Assembly (NCBI GenBank): GCA_002431905.1
Contig: DJER01000033.1
Location: 122,238 to 162,237, forward strand
DNA: 40,000 nt
DNA from: Christensenella sp. UBA5893
GTDB taxonomy: Bacteria > Bacillota > Clostridia > Christensenellales > UBA1242
Direction: 5' to 3'
This document shows positions 36,177-40,000 of this stretch, piece after piece (position 1 is the stretch's first letter; each line of letters opens with the position of its first letter). Made by a program: the position numbers and the translations under genes. Under the pieces are notes generated by a model. It did not search any database and was not told where the DNA came from. It was given only the letters and a program-made list of their open reading frames with translations.

Positions 36177-36341
36177 CAGTTAATTTATTGTATTCTTAGG
36201 AAATCACCAGGCATAGATGGCGAATCTTATTTTTTTGCTGAAATAATAAGATTTTTGTAAAATGCCTTGTGATTTTTTTGTAAAATAAACGTTGTAACTC
36301 ACAACAAAACAAATATATTCATACTTTATTTTGGGGGAAGT

Positions 36342-37604
36342 ATGGATAAATTTTATATTTGCGGTGGCAAAAAACTAAACGGGGAACTCGAAATCTCGAC
36401 TTCAAAAAATGCAGTGTTGCCAATTCTTGCTGGATGCATACTATGTGACGGAGTGATAACTATACACAAATTCCCAAAGTATGAAGACACAAAAAATATG
36501 TTGGAAATATTGGAACATCTTGGTGCTAGTTTTAAATTTCAAGGTGATAGTGTGATACTTGACTGCACAAATATAAGCGAATCAACAATACCAATTGAAC
36601 TTGCAAATAAAATTCGTTCATCAATTTTTAGCTTGGGTTCAATTCTTTCAAGGCAAAAGAAAGCAAAGGTTGCATATCCGGGTGGTTGTAATATTGGTGC
36701 AAGACCAATAGATTTACATATAAAAGGGTTAAAGTGTCTTGGCGTAAAGATTATTGAAAGACATGGGTATATTTATTGTGATGGCGGAAATATGAAGGCA
36801 GGGACAATTCCGCTTGATTTTCCTTCGGTAGGTGCAACCGAAAATCTTATACTTGCTTCTGTATTCCTAAAGGGTAGAACAAAAATAATAAATTGTGCAA
36901 AAGAACCTGAAATCATAGACCTTGCAAACTTTCTAAACGAAATGGGTGCAAAAGTCTTTGGAGCAGGCACAAGCACAATTATTGTTGAAGGTGTTGAACA
37001 TTTGAATGGAGTTGAATACACACCAATAGGTGACAGAATAATTGCTGGAACATATGTAATCGCAACTTGTATGTGCGGTGGCAAGGTAACATTAAATAAT
37101 GTCAACTCTGAACATATATATTCTCTTTTAAATAAACTTGAAAATAGTGCTTGCAAAGTACATAGTTATAGTGATAAAATAACAATAAGTGCGTTGGGCA
37201 AACCAAATTGCATTTCAAAGATAGAAACAAGACCTTTTCCGGGTTTTGCCACAGACCTTCAACCACAAATTGTCGCAATGCTGTCCATTGCAAAAGGAAC
37301 AAGCGTTGTTGTTGAAAATTTGTTTGAATCAAGATTTAGGCATATAAGTGAACTAAAAAAACTTGGTGCTGACATTATAACAAAAGAAAACACTGCAATA
37401 ATAAAAGGTGTAAACAAACTATACGGTGCAGAAGTTATGGCTTATGACTTGCGTGGTGGTGCCGGTGCAGTACTTGCAGGACTTGTAAGTGAAGGTTATA
37501 CAACCATTAGTGATATCTACCATATAGACAGGGGATATTACGAGATGGAAAAAGATTTACAAAAGTTGGGAGCAGAAATTGAAAGAATCTCTACAAAAGA
37601 ATAA
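36342..37604 (+). CDS. murA: UDP-N-acetylglucosamine 1-carboxyvinyltransferase MurA
   Basis: KNAVLPILA, active-site loop YPGGCNIGARPIDLH (Cys present), RGYYEMEKDL. GGGGGAAG RBS. Confidence 0.93.
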   Translation: MDKFYICGGKKLNGELEISTSKNAVLPILAGCILCDGVITIHKFPKYEDTKNMLEILEHLGASFKFQGDSVILDCTNISESTIPIELANKIRSSIFSLGSILSRQKKAKVAYPGGCNIGARPIDLHIKGLKCLGVKIIERHGYIYCDGGNMKAGTIPLDFPSVGATENLILASVFLKGRTKIINCAKEPEIIDLANFLNEMGAKVFGAGTSTIIVEGVEHLNGVEYTPIGDRIIAGTYVIATCMCGGKVTLNNVNSEHIYSLLNKLENSACKVHSYSDKITISALGKPNCISKIETRPFPGFATDLQPQIVAMLSIAKGTSVVVENLFESRFRHISELKKLGADIITKENTAIIKGVNKLYGAEVMAYDLRGGAGAVLAGLVSEGYTTISDIYHIDRGYYEMEKDLQKLGAEIERISTKE

Positions 37605-38487
37605 AAAATTGATAATTTCTCTAGGCATTGTGCTTGGTGTTGTTTTGCTACTAATAATTTTATATTTCACATTGTTCACACTAAAAACAGTTGAAATTGA
37701 TTTTAGAAATGAATCACATATATATAGCGAAGAATCAAAGCAGTCAATAGCCGAAGATTCAATAATAAAAAAGGGGACTCCAATATTTTCTTTGAGCAAA
37801 AAGACAATATCAAAAACTTTGGAGAAAAATAACCCATATCTAAAAGTAATAAACATAGAAACAGTTTTTCCAAACAAAATAATTATTCATTGTGCTGAAA
37901 GGGAAGAAACCTATGCGGTAAAGGCAAATGACACAAAGTACTTTATTTGTGATGCCGAATTCAAAGTCCTAAATATTTCGCCAAATTATTATAGTCAGCA
38001 GGCTGTACTTTTTACCGGGTTAGAGAGTTTGATAGAAAACACAAACAGAGTTAATGCCGGTGAATTTTTGGAATTTTTAAGCGAAGCCGAAGTATTAAAA
38101 AATATCGGGACAAGCTTGCTTCGTGCAAACAAAACAGTTGCAATGCAAAAATCCTTGATTGAATCAATAGAGTTCACTTCTGGAATATATTACTATACTG
38201 GAAAAAATCAGCCTTATCTTATTATAAAAGATAAAAATGGTTTTCAAAACAATATTTATGCCATAGACACTTTGCTTGCTGAAAAATTTCAAGCAATGTT
38301 CGCAACTTGGTCAAATGTAATCTATAATCCATCTGTCTTTTATAAAGATGAACTAAATTCAACCGACCCAGAAAAGAAAATTGAACTTTCAGATATCCCA
38401 GAAAAATATTTTCTAAATTACACTCTTAATGTTTATGAAGATAATCATGGAAAACTTGATATAGTAATTTCAAAGAATGAGGGATAA
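37579..38487 (+). CDS. ftsQ: cell division protein FtsQ/DivIB
   Basis: Short cytoplasmic N-terminus, one TM (LIISLGIVLGVVLLLIILYF), POTRA-like (LKTVEIDF...) periplasmic domain. TTG start with GGGAG 6 nt upstream. Sits between murA and ftsA. Confidence 0.7.
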   Translation: MKESLQKNKKLIISLGIVLGVVLLLIILYFTLFTLKTVEIDFRNESHIYSEESKQSIAEDSIIKKGTPIFSLSKKTISKTLEKNNPYLKVINIETVFPNKIIIHCAEREETYAVKANDTKYFICDAEFKVLNISPNYYSQQAVLFTGLESLIENTNRVNAGEFLEFLSEAEVLKNIGTSLLRANKTVAMQKSLIESIEFTSGIYYYTGKNQPYLIIKDKNGFQNNIYAIDTLLAEKFQAMFATWSNVIYNPSVFYKDELNSTDPEKKIELSDIPEKYFLNYTLNVYEDNHGKLDIVISKNEG

Positions 38488-38525
38488 ATCGCTTAAAAAT
38501 ATTCTCATTTTATCAAAGTTTTTTA

Positions 38526-38554
38526 TTGACATAATAAATTTAATTGTTTATAAT
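38526..38554 (+). promoter_or_regulatory. consensus sigma-A promoter upstream of ftsA-ftsZ
   Basis: TTGACA (38526-38531), 17 nt, TATAAT (38549-38554). Confidence 0.6.
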
Positions 38555-38631
38555 TATAAAAAAATGTTATAATTATGCATAAGATAATTTTTGGCAAAAT
38601 TATGGCATTAAAATGGAAAAAGGAGAAAATT

Positions 38632-39795
38632 GTGCCACAAAATAAGGTTACAGTAATAGATATTGGTTCAAAAAGTATTAGCGTTTTGATTGGAAGTCGT
38701 GGGGCTAATGATTCATTTGCTGTAAGTGGATATGGAGAACAAGAATATGCCGGATATTATGAAGGCGAATTCTTGGAAGAAGACAAACTTTTTGAAACAT
38801 TTCAAAAAGCAATAAATGATGCTCAAAGTTCAGCAAATTTAATAATAGACAAGGTTTATGTTGGTGTACCTGCAAACTTTTGTCAATGTAAAACAAAAAC
38901 AATAGTTCAATCTTTTGGTCAAAGAATAAAATTAAGAGAAGAAGACTTGCAAACAATTTATCAAGGTGCAGATGAAAACACAAATGAAAATTTGGTGCTA
39001 CTAAGTTGCTCTCCAATAATGTTTGTTTTGGATGACGGAAGAAAAGTTTTTGATGCTTGTGGTCAAAGGACTTCAAGAATAAGTGCAACATTAAGTTTTG
39101 TTTATGCAGAAAAACAATTTATTGAAAAAATAAATGCACTCATAAAACAACTTGGCATAAGTTCAGTAGAATATCTTTCTTCAACACTTTGTGAAAGTTT
39201 GTATCTATTGCCAAAAGAAAGAAGAGAAGAAAAAGCAATTTTAATTGATTGTGGATATATAGAAACATCAGTTGCAGTAATAAAAGGCGATGGTCTTTTG
39301 GACTTAAAGTCATTTGCAGTTGGTGGCGGACATATTTCAGCAGATTTATCACAGTGTTTAGGAATAACATTCAACGAAGCAGAACAGTTAAGAAAACAAC
39401 TTATATTGTCGGTTGTTCCAAGTGATTCTGATGATTATGAACTCGCAAGAAATGGAACAAACTATCCAATTAGTATGAGAAAGGCAAATGAAATTACATC
39501 CGCAAGACTTGAGATGATGGCAGACCTAATCAAAAAGTGTGTATGTTATGATGGACAAGAATTGCCAGCAGTTCCATATTACATAACTGGTGGAGGAATC
39601 TCTTATACAAAAGGTGCAAAAGACATCTTGTCAGGGTATTTGGGAGTAAACTTAACTTTGATATATCCAAGAGATATGCAATTGAGTAAACCACATTATT
39701 CATCACTTTTGGGACTTATGGACAAAGCATTGAGTTTAGAAAACAAAAATAATGGATTTTTCAAAAATCTAATAAGAAAATTAACAGGAAGATAA
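38632..39795 (+). CDS. ftsA: cell division protein FtsA
   Basis: [36 protein letters not shown] actin-fold motifs. GTG 38632 is preferred (AAAAGGAGAAAATT-GTG); ATG 38602 and 38575 are in-frame alternatives. Confidence 0.88.
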   Translation: MPQNKVTVIDIGSKSISVLIGSRGANDSFAVSGYGEQEYAGYYEGEFLEEDKLFETFQKAINDAQSSANLIIDKVYVGVPANFCQCKTKTIVQSFGQRIKLREEDLQTIYQGADENTNENLVLLSCSPIMFVLDDGRKVFDACGQRTSRISATLSFVYAEKQFIEKINALIKQLGISSVEYLSSTLCESLYLLPKERREEKAILIDCGYIETSVAVIKGDGLLDLKSFAVGGGHISADLSQCLGITFNEAEQLRKQLILSVVPSDSDDYELARNGTNYPISMRKANEITSARLEMMADLIKKCVCYDGQELPAVPYYITGGGISYTKGAKDILSGYLGVNLTLIYPRDMQLSKPHYSSLLGLMDKALSLENKNNGFFKNLIRKLTGR

Positions 39796-39805
39796 GGAGA
39801 AGAAA

Positions 39806-40000
39806 ATGTATAGTAATATTGATGTAGGACCAGTAGCAAATATTAAGGTAATTGGTGTTGGTGGCGGTGGAAATAATGCCGTAAACAGAATGATTGAGGC
39901 AAACATAACAAGTGCCCAATTTATTGCAATTAACACAGATAAACAAGCCTTGCTTTTAAGCAAAGCAGAACACAGACTTCAAATTGGTGAAAAACTAACT
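39806..40000 (+). CDS. ftsZ: cell division GTPase FtsZ (3' end cut by window edge)
   Basis: Hand translation [75 protein letters not shown] at 39794-39800. Not in the ORF track because no stop falls inside the window. Confidence 0.93.
   Translation, partial: MYSNIDVGPVANIKVIGVGGGGNNAVNRMIEANITSAQFIAINTDKQALLLSKAEHRLQIGEKLT

Noticed and set aside
38575-38631. The longer FtsA N-terminus given by the ORF track (MHKIIFGKIMALKWKKEKI...)
   Set aside because: The consensus promoter ends at 38554, and the only strong SD (AAAAGGAG, 38617-38624) serves GTG 38632. The upstream Met codons lack an RBS. The extension is probably 5' UTR.
1-40000. A look for CRISPR arrays, transposases, integrases, phage structural genes, rRNA, riboswitches and T-boxes
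   Set aside because: I could see no regularly spaced direct repeats, no DDE or tyrosine/serine recombinase motifs, and no long structured leaders. The longest non-coding stretches (28317-28514, 36177-36341, 20956-21101) are AT-rich with only simple hairpins.

Overview
AT-rich, low-GC Bacillota-type chromosomal window from an apparently spore-forming lineage (spoIVA, a spoIVFB-like protease and spoVE/ftsW are present). TGA, TAA and TAG all act as stops, so the standard bacterial code applies. Most of it is housekeeping. Left to right: tsaE-tsaB-rimI; a hydrolase; a membrane-anchored MurF-like ligase plus ddl; spoIVA; an AraC regulator; two tRNAs (Gly-UCC, Arg-UCU); an RNHCP zinc protein; a 1091-aa four-module surface protein; a split TSUP transporter; a 56-aa ferredoxin missing from the ORF track; a degenerate Ppx/GppA homolog; a divergent mreB-like gene, minD, minE and a SpoIVFB-like M50 protease; plsX-rnc-smc-ftsY; a P-loop nucleoside kinase; and a dcw block murE-mraY-murD-ftsW ... 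murA-ftsQ-ftsA-ftsZ (ftsZ cut by the window edge). Two regions do not fit this context and are the best candidates for an undescribed system. (1) About 33.4-36.2 kb: a roughly 2.8-kb, visibly more AT-rich insertion that splits the dcw cluster between ftsW and murA. It carries a divergent XRE repressor, two perfect 14-bp palindromic operators placed inside a consensus promoter, a PD-(D/E)XK nuclease-like gene, a zinc-ribbon/2-TM protein and a 33-aa TM micro-ORF. No methyltransferase or integrase is present. (2) About 17.9-21.0 kb: a small 3-TM protein that resembles Pycsar/SLATT-type membrane effectors, translationally coupled (ATGA) to an unknown 117-aa protein and followed by a 710-aa DUF4132-type protein. 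No cyclase is nearby. I found no CRISPR array, transposase, integrase or rRNA. All family assignments come from motif recognition by eye. No searches were run.
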